This document shows positions 9,840-20,796 of a DNA stretch of 64,000 nucleotides, piece after piece. Position numbers and translations under genes: made by a program. The stretch covers positions 164,192 through 228,191 of the forward strand of contig CAWJWE010000001.1 in the NCBI GenBank assembly GCA_963846525.1. The letters are read 5' to 3'. Under the pieces are notes generated by a model. The model was not told the origin of the DNA. It did not search any database and was given only the letters and a program-made list of their open reading frames with translations. This DNA comes from an uncultured Actinomycetota bacterium. Lineage in GTDB: Bacteria > Actinomycetota > Actinomycetes > JACCUZ01. The stretch's first letter is position 1; each line of letters starts with the position of its first letter.

Positions 9840-10422
9840 GTGACCGGTGGCGCGCGGGTGCGCCAGGTGCCGGACGAGCGGGATCTCGCGCTGGAGGAGG
9901 CGTTCCGCACCGGCGGCGAGGACGGGCTGGCCGCCGCGTACACCCGCTGGTCGCCGCTGGTCTTCACGGTCGCGCTGCGCACCCTCGGCGACCGGGACGA
10001 CGCCGAGGACGTCACCCAGCAGGTGTTCGTCGCCGCCTGGCGCGGCCGGGCCGGCTTCAACCCGCAGACCGGGAGCCTGCCCGGCTGGCTGCTGGGCATC
10101 ACCCGCAACAAGGTGGCCGACCGGTGGGCGCTCCGCGAGCGCGAGCGGCGCGCCACCGATGCCGCGACCCGGGTGGTCGTGGCCGACACTGCCCCGTCCC
10201 CGGCCGACGCGGTGACCACCCGGGTGCTGCTGGCCGACGAGCTGTCCCGGCTGGGCGAGCCGGCCCGGCAGGATCCTCACGCTGGCGTTCTTCGAGGACC
10301 TCACGCACACCCAGATCGCCAGCCAGCTGAGCCTGCCGCTGGGCACCGTCAAGAGCCACATCCGCCGGTCGCTCGGCCGGCTGCGCCGACGGCTGGAGGT
10401 GGACGATGCCGCAGCACGTTGA
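9840..10422 (+). CDS. ECF-type RNA polymerase sigma-70 family factor (one frameshift near 10270)
   Basis: Region 2 reads [43 protein letters not shown]. Region 4 is recovered after a shift as [40 protein letters not shown]. The GTG start is preceded by GAGGAGG. Confidence 0.8.
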
Positions 10423-11163
10423 CCCGGACGACCTGGCGCTGCTCGCGCTCGGCGAGCAGCCCGGACGGGTCGAGCACGAGCGCCATGTCGCCTCCTGCGC
10501 CGAGTGCCAGGCAGGAGCTCGACCGAGCTGCGCGCCGTCGTGGCCCGCGCGCGGACCCTCGAGCCGCGAGCCGACACCCCGTGGCCCGCCGCCGGCCCGG
10601 GTCTGGGAGCGCGTGGCGGCCGAGCTCGCGCTGGACGCGGACGCCGGCGCCACCCCGGACGACCGGTCGCCGACCGCGCCGGCCACGGTCACCGATCTCC
10701 CTCGACGGCCGGCCCGTCGGGCGGCCTGGCCCTGGCTGGCGGCGGCCGCTGTAGTCGGCATCGTGCTCGGCGCTGCCGCGACGGCGCTGGTGCTGGCCGG
10801 CTCCGACGACGACGGCGGCCGGCGGTCCGGTCGGTCGCGACCGCGCAGCTCGAGGCGCTGCCCGACCACTCGGGCAGCGGCGCCGCCGAGATCGTCGGCA
10901 CCGGCGGCCGCGGGCGCTCGAGCTGGACGTCTCCGGCCTGACCCGCGGCGACGGGTTCTACGAGGTGTGGCTGCTGGACGCCGGACGCCAAGCGGCTGGT
11001 GTCGGTCGGGCTGCTGGACACGCAGGGCACCCGCGCCGCCTTCCCGCTGCCGCCGAGCGTCGATGTCGCCGAGTTCCCGGTCGTCGACATCTCGCTCGAG
11101 CCGGTCGACGGCAACCCGGCGCACTGCGGCGACAGCATCGTGCGCGGCACCCTCGCCGGCTGA
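10406..11163 (+). CDS. Anti-sigma factor with zf-HC2-like N-terminus and RskA-like C-terminal domain (several frameshifts)
   Basis: The N-terminus reads [17 protein letters not shown]...[12 protein letters not shown] segment follows ([25 protein letters not shown]). The C-terminal pieces read [10 protein letters not shown]...LVSVGLLD...[24 protein letters not shown]. It overlaps the sigma-factor gene by 17 nt. Confidence 0.65.
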
Positions 11164-11174
11164 GCTGCTGGCCC

Positions 11175-11851
11175 CACCAGGAGCCGGCAGTCGCCGTCGC
11201 GGCCTGCTGCGCGGAGCCCCTCGATCGCAGCGGCCGGGTCGTCGGCGCCGTAGACCGCCGAGCCGGCCACGAACACGTCGGCGCCGGCCTCGGCGCACCG
11301 TTCCACGGTCTCGCGTGCCCACGCCGCCGTCGACCTGGATCCAGAGGTCGAGGTCGCGGCCCTTGACCAGCTCGCGGGCGGTGCGGATCTTCGGCAGCAC
11401 CAGGTCGAGGAACTTCTGGCCGCCGAAGCCCGGCTCGACCGTCATCAGCAGCAGCATGTCCAGCTCGCCAGCAGGTCGGCGTACGGCTCGACCGGGGTGG
11501 CCGGGCGCAGCGCCATGCCGGCCCGGACGCCGAGCCCGCGCAGGGTGCGGGCCAGCCGCACCGGCGCTGCTGCCGCCTCGACGTGGAAGGTGACGCTGCG
11601 CGCGCCGGCCTCGGCGTAGCCGGGCGCCCAGCGGTCGGCGTCGGCGATCATCAGGTGCACGTCGAGGGGCAGCGTCGCTGACCTCGGCCAGCCGCTCGAC
11701 GACCGGCAGCCCGATCGTCAGGTTGGGCACGAAGTGGTTGTCCATCACGTCGACGTGCACCCAGTCGGCGGCGCGGTGCGATCCGGGCGACCTCGCCGGC
11801 CAGGTCGGTGAAGTCGGCCGACAGGATGCTCGGGGAGATCTGGACGCCCAT
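11175..11851 (-). CDS. rpe: Ribulose-phosphate 3-epimerase (several frameshifts; 3' end undetermined)
   Basis: Fragments from different frames assemble the gene: [21 protein letters not shown] / [19 protein letters not shown] / [26 protein letters not shown] / [14 protein letters not shown]...IQVDGG / [26 protein letters not shown]. No minus-strand stop codon occurs in any frame near the expected end. Confidence 0.8.
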
Positions 11852-11888
11852 GGCGCGCGGAGTCTAGGAGGCACCGGCGCGGCCCGGC

Positions 11889-13304
11889 TCAGCCGCGACG
11901 CAGCAGAGCGAGGTACATCGCGTCGGTGCCGTGCCGGTGCGGCCAGAGCTGCACGTCCGGGCCGTGGACCGAGGTCGGGCACGCCGGGCAGTAGCGGCCG
12001 GGCGTCGACCTGGTCGACGTAGCCGGCGCCGGCGGCGGTGCAGCACGTCGGCGACGACGCGTCCGGGTCTCGGCCAGGTGCGGCGAGCAGGTGACGTAGG
12101 CGACCAGCCCGCCGGGCCGGACGGCGTCGAGGGCGCTGCTGAGCAGGTCGCGCTGCAGCGCGGCGAGCCCGGCGACGTCCGCCGGCTGCCGCCGCCAGCG
12201 CGCCTCGGGCCGTCGTCGCAGGGCGCCCAGGCCGGTGCACGGGGCGTCGACCAGCACCCGGTCGAAGCTCGCCCGCCCGCCAGGCCGGGACCCGGCCGTC
12301 CGCGACGACGACGCCGCGGTGGCCCGCCGACCGCGTGCCGCACCAGCGCCGCGCGGTGCGGCGCGATCTCGGCCGCCAGCAGGGCAGCGCCCGCGGCCGC
12401 TCGGCCAGCGCGGCCGAGCAGCGCGGCCTTGCCCGCCGGGGCCGGCGCAGAGGTCCAGCCAGCGCTCGTCGGCGCCCGTCGAGCGGTGCGTCGGCCAGCG
12501 CGAGCGGCGACCAGCTGGCTGCCCTCGTCCTGCACCCCGGCCCGGCCCTCCCGGACGGCCGGGATGCGCGCCGGGGTCGCCGCCGGGCAGCACCGCGGCG
12601 TACGGCGACCAGCGGCCCGGGCCCGGCGCCGGCGGCTCACCAGCTCGGCCACCGTCGGCCCGGCCCGGGCGGGCGACCAGGGTCACCAGCGGCGGCGCGT
12701 TGTCGGCGGCGAGCATCGCGGCCGTCTCCGCCAGCGAGCCGCCGAGGGCGTCCCGCAGCGCGGAGACCACCCAGCGCGGGTGCGAGTGCACGACCGCGAG
12801 GTGGCCGACCGGGTCGGCGTCGTAGCGCCGGCGCGACCTCGGCCAGCCAGCCGGCCAGGTCCTGGCGGCCGACCCTGCGCAGCACCGCGTTGACGAAGCG
12901 AGCCGCGGCCCTCCCCCGCGACCGCGCGGGCGAGCTCGACGGTGGCGCCGACCGCGGCGTGCGACGGGACCCGCATCGCGAGCAGCTGGTGGGCGCCGAG
13001 GCGCAGCAGGTCGAGCACCGGCGCGGTCGACCTGGTCCAGCGGCCGGTCGACGCAGGCGGCCAGCACGGCGTCGTAGCTGCCCCGACCGCGCAGCGTGCC
13101 GTAGGCCGAGCTCGGTGGCGAAGGCCGCGTCGCGCGCGTCGAGGCCGCGGTCGCGCAGCAGCCCGGCAGGGTGAGGTTGGCGTAGGCGTCGCGTTCGGCG
13201 ACCGCGCGCAGCAGGTCGAACGCGACCCGCCGGGGCAGCGTCGGGCCGCGGCTTCCCGCGGCGCGGGGGACGCCGCTCTGCCCCGCACGCGGCGGACCGG
13301 TCAC
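11889..13304 (-). CDS. rsmB: 16S rRNA m5C methyltransferase RsmB/Sun (many frameshifts)
   Basis: The N-terminal NusB-like part reads [20 protein letters not shown]. The methyltransferase part reads [26 protein letters not shown]...[15 protein letters not shown]. The GTG at 13304 overlaps the fmt stop (GTGA). Confidence 0.85.
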   Translation of the reverse strand: MTGPPRAGQSGVPRAAGSRGPTLPRRVAFDLLRAVAERDAYANLTLPGCCATAASTRATRPSPPSSAYGTLRGRGSYDAVLAACVDRPLDQVDRAGARPAAPRRPPAARDAGPVARRGRRHRRARPRGRGGGPRLASSTRCCAGSAARTWPAGWPRSRRRYDADPVGHLAVVHSHPRWVVSALRDALGGSLAETAAMLAADNAPPLVTLVARPGRADGGRAGEPPAPGPGRWSPYAAVLPGGDPGAHPGRPGGPGRGAGRGQPAGRRSRWPTHRSTGADERWLDLCAGPGGQGRAARPRWPSGRGRCPAGGRDRAAPRGAGAARGRRATAASSSRTAGSRPGGRASFDRVLVDAPCTGLGALRRRPEARWRRQPADVAGLAALQRDLLSSALDAVRPGGLVAYVTCSPHLAETRTRRRRRAAPPPAPATSTRSTPGRYCPACPTSVHGPDVQLWPHRHGTDAMYLALLRRG

Positions 13305-14232
13305 GTCAGGGTCCCGCCGTCGAGGTCGCGGACGCCGCGCGCCCACGCATCGGCGGCCATCGGCCTGCGACCGGCCGGGCGTACCTCGCCGAGCCGGACG
13401 GCCCGGCCGTCCCCGGTGCCGACCAGCACGTCCCGCCTGGCGACCCGGAGCCTGACCGACGGCCAGCCCGGTCGGCGCTCGGCCGGCTGGACCGGCCCGA
13501 GCCCGAGCCGCTCGTCGGCCCAGGTGGTCCAGGCGCCCGGCGCAGGGGTGCAGGCCCGGACCAGCCGGTCGACGTGGAAGGCGGGCTTCGACCAGTCGAC
13601 CCGGGCGTCCTCGACCGTGAGCTTCGGCGCCAGGCTGACGCCGTCGGCGGGCTGCGGCTGCGCGACCAGCTCGCCGCGCTCGAGGGCGTCGAGGGTGGCG
13701 ACGAGCAGGCCGGCGCCGGCGGTCGCGAGCCGGCCGAGCAGGTCGCCGCTGGTGTCCCGCGGGCCGATCGGCTCGGTCATCACCGACAGCACCGGGCCGG
13801 TGTCCAGGCCTTCCTCGAGAGTGGAACACCGAGGCGCCGGTCAGGTCGTCGCCGTGCAGGATCGCGTGCTGCACCGGCGCCGCACCGCGCCAGGCGGGCA
13901 GCAGCGAGAAGTGCAGGTTCAGCCAGCCGTGGGCCGGCAGGTCGAGCAGGCAGCGCGGCACCAGCGCGCCGTACGCGACGACCGGGCAGCAGTCCGGCGC
14001 GAGCTCCGCAGCCGGTCGTGCAGACGCCGGGTCGCCGGCGCGAGCCGGCTTCAGCGATCTCGATACCGGCCTCCGCGGCGCGGCGCGCCACCGGGGACTC
14101 GGCCTCCCGGCGGCCGCGGCCGGCCCGGGCGTCCGGGCGGGTGAGGACGGCGACCACCTCGTGCGAGGAGTCGAGCAGGGCGTCCAGCGCCGGGACGGCG
14201 ACCTCGGGGGTGCCGGCGAACACGAGGCGCAT
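13301..14232 (-). CDS. fmt: Methionyl-tRNA formyltransferase (several frameshifts)
   Basis: The gene starts [36 protein letters not shown] middle fragment reads [32 protein letters not shown]. The C-terminal domain reads [36 protein letters not shown]. Confidence 0.9.
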
Positions 14233-14244
14233 CGAGAGGGCGGC

Positions 14245-14790
14245 TTAGAGCGCTCGGCCGTGCATCGCGTGCGGGGACAGCTTGACCGGGGGCGCGGTCT
14301 CGCCGGCCCAGTCGGCCTCCCGGATGGCCTTGAGCGCGGCCTTCCGCTGCGCCTTGTCCAGCCGGTCGATGAACAGGATGCCGTCGAGGTGGTCGGTCTC
14401 GTGCTGCACGCAGCGGGCGAGCAGCTCGGTGCCCTCGATGGTGACCGGCTCGCCGTACATGTCGAAACCCTTGGCGACCACGCCGTACGCGCGCACGGTC
14501 GGGGACGCCAGGCCGGGGAACGACAGGCAGCCCTCGTCGTCCTCCTGCTCCTCGTCGGTGAGGTCGAGGGTCGGGTTGACGAGGTGACCCAGGGTGTCGT
14601 CGACGTGGTAGGTGAAGACCCGCAGGCCGACCCCGATCTGCGGAGCCGCCAGCCCCGCTCCGGGCGCCTCGAGCATGGTCTCCGAGAGGTCCTGCACCAG
14701 GGTGCGCAGCTCCTTGTCGAAGTCGACCACCGGCTCGGCCTTGGTACGCAGCACCGGGTCGCCGAAGAGCCGGATGGGCTGGACGGGCAC
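14245..14790 (-). CDS. def: Peptide deformylase
   Basis: The GTG at 14790 is preceded by GGAG. The translation [14 protein letters not shown]...[11 protein letters not shown]...EGCLSFPG...QHETDHLDG carries all three Def motifs, and the ORF is intact. Confidence 0.9.
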   Translation of the reverse strand: MPVQPIRLFGDPVLRTKAEPVVDFDKELRTLVQDLSETMLEAPGAGLAAPQIGVGLRVFTYHVDDTLGHLVNPTLDLTDEEQEDDEGCLSFPGLASPTVRAYGVVAKGFDMYGEPVTIEGTELLARCVQHETDHLDGILFIDRLDKAQRKAALKAIREADWAGETAPPVKLSPHAMHGRAL

Positions 14791-14919
14791 GGTGACTCCT
14801 GCGGAGACGACGGGTGAACGGGTGAATCGAACCAGTCTACGGAGTGTGCGGCCCGCTCTTCCGCCCCGCGGGCTCGATGCGGTCAGATGGGCGAAGCTAC
14901 CGGACCCGGGAGGACAGCC

Positions 14920-16182
14920 ATGACCCGCCACCCGAAGCGCGTTGCTGGCGTGCTCGACGCTCGCTGCCGCCGCCACCGCCGCGGCCCTGATCACGCCGCC
15001 GGCCGTCGCGGCCAGCCCGTCGCCACCCGGCACACGGTGCGCTTCGCGACGTTCAACGCCTCGCTGAACCGGAACGTCGCGGGGCAGCTGATCAGCGACC
15101 TGTCGACGTCCGGGAACGCCCAGGCGGCGACCGTGGCGGAGATCATCCAGCGGGTGCGTCCGGACGTCCTGCTCATCAACGAGTTCGACTACGACCAGGC
15201 GGGCACCGCCCTGCGGCTCTTCCAGGACAACTACCTGTCCGTGCGGCACAACGGTGCCGCCGCCATCGAGTACCCGTACCGCTTCACGGCGCAGTCCAAC
15301 ACCGGCATCCCCTCCGGGTTCGACCTGAACAACAACGGAGTCATCGGTGGCCCGGCAACGACGCGTACGGGTTCGGCTTCTTTCCCGGCCAGTTCGGAAT
15401 GGCCGTCTACTCGAAGTACCCGATCGACGTCAGCGGCATCCGGACGTTCCAGAAGTTCCTCTGGAAGGACATGCCGGAAGCCATGCTCCCGGACGACCCG
15501 GCGACCCCGGCCGCTGAAGACTGGTACTCCCCCGCCGAGCTCGACGTGGTCCGGCTGTCGTCGAAGAGCCACTGGGACCTGCCGATGCAGATCGGCGGCA
15601 AGACCGTGCACTTCCTGGTCAGCCACCCGACGCCGCCGGTGTTCGACGGGCCCGAGGACCGCAACGGCCTGCGCAACTTCGACGAGATCCGGTTCTGGGC
15701 CGACTACGTCAGGCCAGGGGCCGGTCGCTACATCTACGACGACGCCGGCCGGTTCGGCGGCTTGCCTGCCGGAGCGCACTTCGTGATCGCGGGCGACCAG
15801 AACTCCGACCCGCTGGACGGTGACAGCATCCCTGGCTCGATCCAGCAGCTGCTGGACAACCCCCGCATCAAACGTCGAGCACGCCGGACAGCGCAGGCGC
15901 CGTCGAGGCCACCGCAATCCAGCGCGGGGCGAACCTGACGCACCGGTCGGACCCACGTTCGACACCGCCGACTTCGCGGACAGTTCGGCCGGGCAACCTG
16001 CGCGCCGACTACGTCCTGCCGTCCAAGGCCCTGCGGGTCCGGGACTCGGCTGTGTTCTGGCCGGTGACACTGACCCCCTGTTCAGGCTGACCGGCGTGTT
16101 CCCCTTCCCGAGCTCGGACCACCGGGCCGTCTGGGTCGACGTGCGAGTGCCGTCGCACCACGGCCAGGCAGGGGCGGAGTGA
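14920..16182 (+). CDS. Secreted endonuclease/exonuclease/phosphatase (EEP) family protein (about 3 frameshifts)
   Basis: The ATG follows GGGAGGA. Fragments read VRFATFNASLNRN...VLLINEFDYD, then MAVYSKYPI...HFLVSHPTPPVFDG...HFVIAGDQNSDPLDGDS, then FPSSDHRAVWVDV. The signal peptide is disrupted by a shift near 14960. Confidence 0.75.
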
Positions 16183-16843
16183 CCGACATCGAGATCGCCG
16201 ATCCCCGCATCGAGGCGTACGCCGCCGAGCAGACGACTCCCGAGCCGCCCTGGTTCGCCGAGCTCGCGGCCGAGACCCGGGCGGCGACCCGCGCCCCCGG
16301 GATGATGGTCGGCACCCTGGAGGGCCGGCTGCTCGCGGCGCTGGTGGCATGCTGCGTCCGCAGAGCGTGCTCGAGATCGGGACCTTCACCGGCTACAGCG
16401 CGCTGTCGATGGCCGAGACCCTGCCGGCCGGCGGCCGGATCATCACCTGCGACATCAGCGAGGAGCACCTGGCCATCGCCCGGCGGCACATCGCCGCGAG
16501 CCCGTACGCCGACCGGATCGAGATCCGGTCCGGGCCGGCGCTGGAGACGATCGGGTCGCTGCCGGGGCCGTTCGACCTGGTGTTCATCGACGCCGACAAG
16601 ACCGGCTACCAGGCCTACTTCGACGCCACCCTGCCCAAGCTCTCCCCAGAGGGCGTGATCGTCGTCGACAACGTGCTGTGGAGCGGTCGGCCGCTGGACC
16701 CGGCCGAGACCGGCGAGGACACGGCGGCGATCCGGGAGTTCAACGCCCGGGTGGTCGCCGACGAGCGGGTCGAGGTGGTGATGCTGACCGTGCGGGACGG
16801 GGTCAGCCTGATCAGGCACCGCCGAGCAGCCCCAGCCGGCTGA
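16179..16843 (+). CDS. Class I SAM-dependent O-methyltransferase, caffeoyl-CoA OMT-like (one frameshift near 16340)
   Basis: VLEIGTFTGYSALSMAE...FDLVFIDADKTGYQAYFD...GVIVVDNVLWSG is typical of the family. The GTG start overlaps the EEP gene stop (GTGA). Confidence 0.8.
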
Positions 16844-17450
16844 GGTCGCCACGGAGGGTGTCGGCATCGGTGAACCGCACGGCACGCAGGCCGGCCGCCG
16901 CCGCTGCCGCGACGTTCACCGGGGAGTCGTCCACGAAGACGGTGGCCGCCGGATCCAGCCGGTACCGGTCGACGAGCAGCGCGAAGACGGCCGGGTCGGG
17001 CTTGGCGATCCCTTCCGCGCCGGACACGACGATGTCCTCGAACAGGGTCAGGAAGTCGAAGGTCGCCTCGGCGTGCGGGTAGGTCTCGGCCGACCAGTTG
17101 GTCAGGGCCAGCAGCCGCACTCCCGCCGCGTGCAGGTCGCGCAGCAGCTCCACCGAGCCGGGCACCGGGCCGGCCAGGGTCTCCGGGAACCTGGCCGGGT
17201 AGGCGGCGATGAGCTCGCGGCGGTGCGGGTGCCGGGCGGCAAGCCGCTCGACGGCCTCGTCCCAGCTGCCGCCGGCGTCCTGGGCGTAGTTCCACGCGGC
17301 GAACCCGACCTCGTCGAGGAACTCCTCGATCTCGTCCTCGGGGAGCAGCCGGCGGTAGAGGTGGCGCGGGTCCCAGTCGATCAGGACGCCACCGAGGTCG
17401 AACACGACGGTCGTCGGCACCGCGGCGGTCGGCTGCCGTGGGGTGGTCAT
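16812..17450 (-). CDS. HAD-superfamily hydrolase
   Basis: Intact ORF. It shows motif I (VVFDLGGVLIDW), motif II (LTNWS) and the motif III/IV region (KPDPAVF...VFVDDSPVNV). Confidence 0.8.
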   Translation of the reverse strand: MTTPRQPTAAVPTTVVFDLGGVLIDWDPRHLYRRLLPEDEIEEFLDEVGFAAWNYAQDAGGSWDEAVERLAARHPHRRELIAAYPARFPETLAGPVPGSVELLRDLHAAGVRLLALTNWSAETYPHAEATFDFLTLFEDIVVSGAEGIAKPDPAVFALLVDRYRLDPAATVFVDDSPVNVAAAAAAGLRAVRFTDADTLRGDLSRLGLLGGA

Positions 17451-19493
17451 GCGATCTCCAGGGGGTCGACCCGGAGCCGGACCGAGCCGGCGTCCTTGTG
17501 CGCGCTGCGGACCCCGGATGCGGCCTTCAGCGCCGCAGTGGTCGCCGGCCAGACGCCGCGCGGCGCCCGCACCAGGAACCGCTGCTGGTCGGGGCCGGCC
17601 GGCACCGGCCCGAGGACCTCGGTCTGCTCGGGCAGCTCGGCGGCGGCCAGGAAGCCGGCCAGCGCGTCCGGCGAGCCGGTGAGCGAGGCCATCCGGGCCT
17701 CCGGGGGCAGCCGTAGAGCGGCGCGCTCGGCCAGCTCGCGGTCGGCGAAGCCGGCGTGGTCCCAGCGGACCAGCGCCTGCGCGGCCGGCGCCGCCGTGTC
17801 GGCGAGCAGGACCACGGTGCCGCCGTCGGGACCGGGCCGGACCAGCGCGGCGGCCGCCGTCCAGCGCCGCAGCGCCTCCTCGGCGGCGCGCAGGTCCGGC
17901 CGGCCCAGCAGCGCCCACCCGTCGAGCAGCAGCGCGGCGACGTAACCGCCCTCGGCCACCGGCTCGGCCCCGGGGGTCGCGACGACGAGCGCCGGCTCCG
18001 GGCCCACCGTGGCGACCACGTCGCCGCCGGCCCCGCTGGTGCGCACCGGGGTGCGCGGGAAGGCTCGGCCGAGCTCCTCGGCGGTTCGCCGGGAACCCAC
18101 CACCGTCGCGCGCAGCCGCTGGCCGTCGCAGGACGGGCAGGCCCACCCGGCAGCCAGTCCGCCGCACCATCGGCAGGCCGGTACCCCGTCGGCGCCGGTG
18201 CTGCCCAGCGGGCCGCGACAGGCCGGGCAGCGGGCCGGCGCCCGGCAGGTCGCGCAGGCCAGCCCCGGCAGGTAGCCGCTGCGCGGGACCTGGACGAGCA
18301 CCGGGCCGCGCTCGAGGGCCAGGTGGGCGGTGCGCCAGGCCAGGGTGGGCAGCCGGGCGCCGCGGACGCCGTCGTCGGCGGGGTGGTCGGCACCCGTGTC
18401 GGCCCGCACGGCCGGGGCGGTCCGGCGTACGACGTCGCGGGGGGCGGCGACCGCACGCGCCCAGCCGGACCGGACCAGCCCGGCGCCCTCGGCGGTGCGG
18501 GACAGCCCGGCGACCACCAGCGCGGCGCCCTCGCCGGTCGAGCGCAGCGCCAGCACCGAGCGCACGTGGGGGTAGGGCGCCCGCGGCTCCGCGTGCAGGT
18601 CGTCACCGTCGTCCCAGACGACGGCCAGACCCAGGTCGTGGACCGGGGCGAACATCGCGGCCCGGGTGCCGAGCACCGCGCGGATCTGCCCGCGACGCAC
18701 CCGCAGCCAGCGCCGGTAGCGCTCGGCCGGGCCCGCCTCGGCGGTCAGGACGACGTGCCGGCCGGGGCCGACCAGCGCGGTCAGCGCGGCGTCGAGCCGG
18801 TCGACGTCGCGGTGGTCGGGCAGCACCACCAGGGCACCCCGGTCGCCGGCCAGTGCGGTCGCCACGAGCCGGGCCAGCTCGTCGGGCCAGGTCGGCCCGG
18901 GCAGGGCCGACCACACGGCGCGGACCGTGGCGCCGGCGTGCACCGCGTCCAGCAGCGCGGCTCCGGCCTCGTAGCGCGCCCAGCCCGCGGGGTCCGGCCG
19001 GTCCGGTGCGGCGGGGGGCTCGGTGCCGCTCGACGGCGACGGCCTCGACCTTGGCGTGCCGCGGGGGCACGGCCAGCCGGAGCACGTCGGCCAGGGTGCC
19101 GGCGTACCGGTCGGCGACCTCTCGGGCGAGCCGCAGGACCTCCGGGGCGAGGACCGGCTCGGCCGACACCACCTTGTCCAGGAACGCCAGCCGCCCGGCG
19201 TGCTCGCTGTCGGCCAACCGCTCGGTGACGTACCCGTCGACGAGCCGGCCGGAGAACCGCACCCGGACCCGGACGCCGGGCTGCGCCGCCTCGGCCAGCG
19301 GCTCGGGCACCAGGAAGTCGAACAGCCGGTCGAGGTGCGCCAGGCCGACGTCGACCGCGACCCGGGCCACCGGCAGCTCGGCCGCCGGCTCCGGTCGCGG
19401 TTTCGGCGGCCGGGACCGGGCGGCCCGGACCGTCGAGCGCACCAGGGCGAGCTGCTCCGGCTCGGTGGCGGGCCCGGCACCAGCTGTGGTCAC
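17447..19493 (-). CDS. priA: Primosomal protein N' (one frameshift near 19025)
   Basis: The N-terminal frame reads [25 protein letters not shown]...[14 protein letters not shown]. The main frame carries the Zn-finger cysteines ([17 protein letters not shown]...CRWCG...CPSCDG) and the C-terminal domain. Confidence 0.85.
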
Positions 19494-19539
19494 GCCGTCA
19501 TCCCACCACCCACCCGGGACAGAAGCGGCCGGCGGGCGG

Positions 19540-20734
19540 TCAGGAGGAGGTGGCCGCCTTGAGGGCGTCGACCCGGTCGGTGCGCTCCCAGGTGAAGTCC
19601 GGCAGCTCGCGGCCGAAGTGGCCGTACGCCGCGGTCTGGGCGTAGATCGGCCGGAGCAGGTCGAGGTCCCGGATGATCGCGGCCGGCCGCAGGTCGAAGA
19701 CCGTCGGACACCGCGGCCTGGATCTTCTCGACCGGCACCGTCCCGGTGCCGAAGGTCTCGACGAACAGGCCGACCGGGTGCGCCTTGCCGATCGCGTAGG
19801 CCACCTGCACCTCGCAGCGCCTGGCCAGCCCGGCGGCGACGACGTTCTTGGCGACCCAGCGCATCGCGTAGGCGGCCGACCGGTCGACCTTGGACGGGTC
19901 CTTGCCGGAGAAGGCGCCGCCGCCGTGCCGGGCCATCCCGCCGTACGTGTCCACGATGATCTTGCGGCCGGTGAGGCCGGCGTCGCCCATCGGGCCGCCG
20001 ATCTCGAACCGGCCGGTCGGGTTCACCAGCAGCCGGAAGCCCTCGGTGTCGATGGCCAGCCCGTCCAGCACCGGCTTGACGACCTGCTCGGCGATGTCCG
20101 GCTGGAGCATCGAGTCGAGCGAGATGTCGGCGGCGTGCTGGCTGGAGACCACCACGGTGTCGAGCCGGACCGCGCGGTCGCCGTCGTACTCGATGGTGAC
20201 CTGGGTCTTGCCGTCCGGGCGCAGGTACGGGACCGCACCGTCCTTGCGGACCGCGGTGAGCTGCTGGGCGAGCCGGTGGGCGAGCCAGACCGGCAGCGGC
20301 ATCAGCTCGGGGGTGTCGTCGCAGGCGTAGCCGAACATCAGGCCCTGGTCGCCGGCGCCCTGGCGGTCCAGCGGGTCCTCGTCGCCCTCGGCGCGGTGCT
20401 CGTAGGCGTCGTCGACGCCTTGAGCGATGTCCGGGGACTGCGAGCCGATCGAGATCGACACGCCGCAGGAGTGCCCGTCGAAGCCCTTGGCGGACGAGTC
20501 GTAGCCGATCTCCAGGATCCGCTCGCGGACGATGCCCGGGATGTCGGCGTAGCCCGCCGTGGTGACCTCGCCGGCCACGTGCACCTGGCCGGTCATGATC
20601 AGGGTCTCGACCGCGACCCGGCTCTTGGGGTCCTCGGTGAGCAGGGCGTCCAGGATCGAGTCGCTGATCTGGTCGGCGATCTTGTCCGGGTGGCCCTCGG
20701 TGACGGACTCCGAGGTGAACAGGCGGCGGGACAC
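19540..20734 (-). CDS. metK: S-adenosylmethionine synthetase (one frameshift near 19715)
   Basis: [21 protein letters not shown]...[12 protein letters not shown]...[19 protein letters not shown] matches MetK. The C-terminus [18 protein letters not shown] is recovered after a 1-nt shift. The GTG start is preceded by GGAG. Confidence 0.95.
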
Positions 20735-20796
20735 AGGGCTCCTAGCGGGGTGAGGCAGCATCGGTCGGTACGGACGGCGGGGGCCGGCCGCGAAGT

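Noticed and set aside
10099-12240. A 713-aa ORF, and other very long composite ORFs (11889..13961, 37993..40425, 58167..60560, 19490..21703), read as single large proteins.
   Set aside because: Each is a concatenation. A real gene segment is read in frame and continues as out-of-frame read-through of neighbouring genes. Only sub-segments match known families, and I split them accordingly.
20735-20796. A possible SAM riboswitch upstream of metK.
   Set aside because: Only about 60 nt separate the coaBC stop from the metK start, which is too short for a SAM aptamer. No conserved SAM-I/IV/II motifs were seen.
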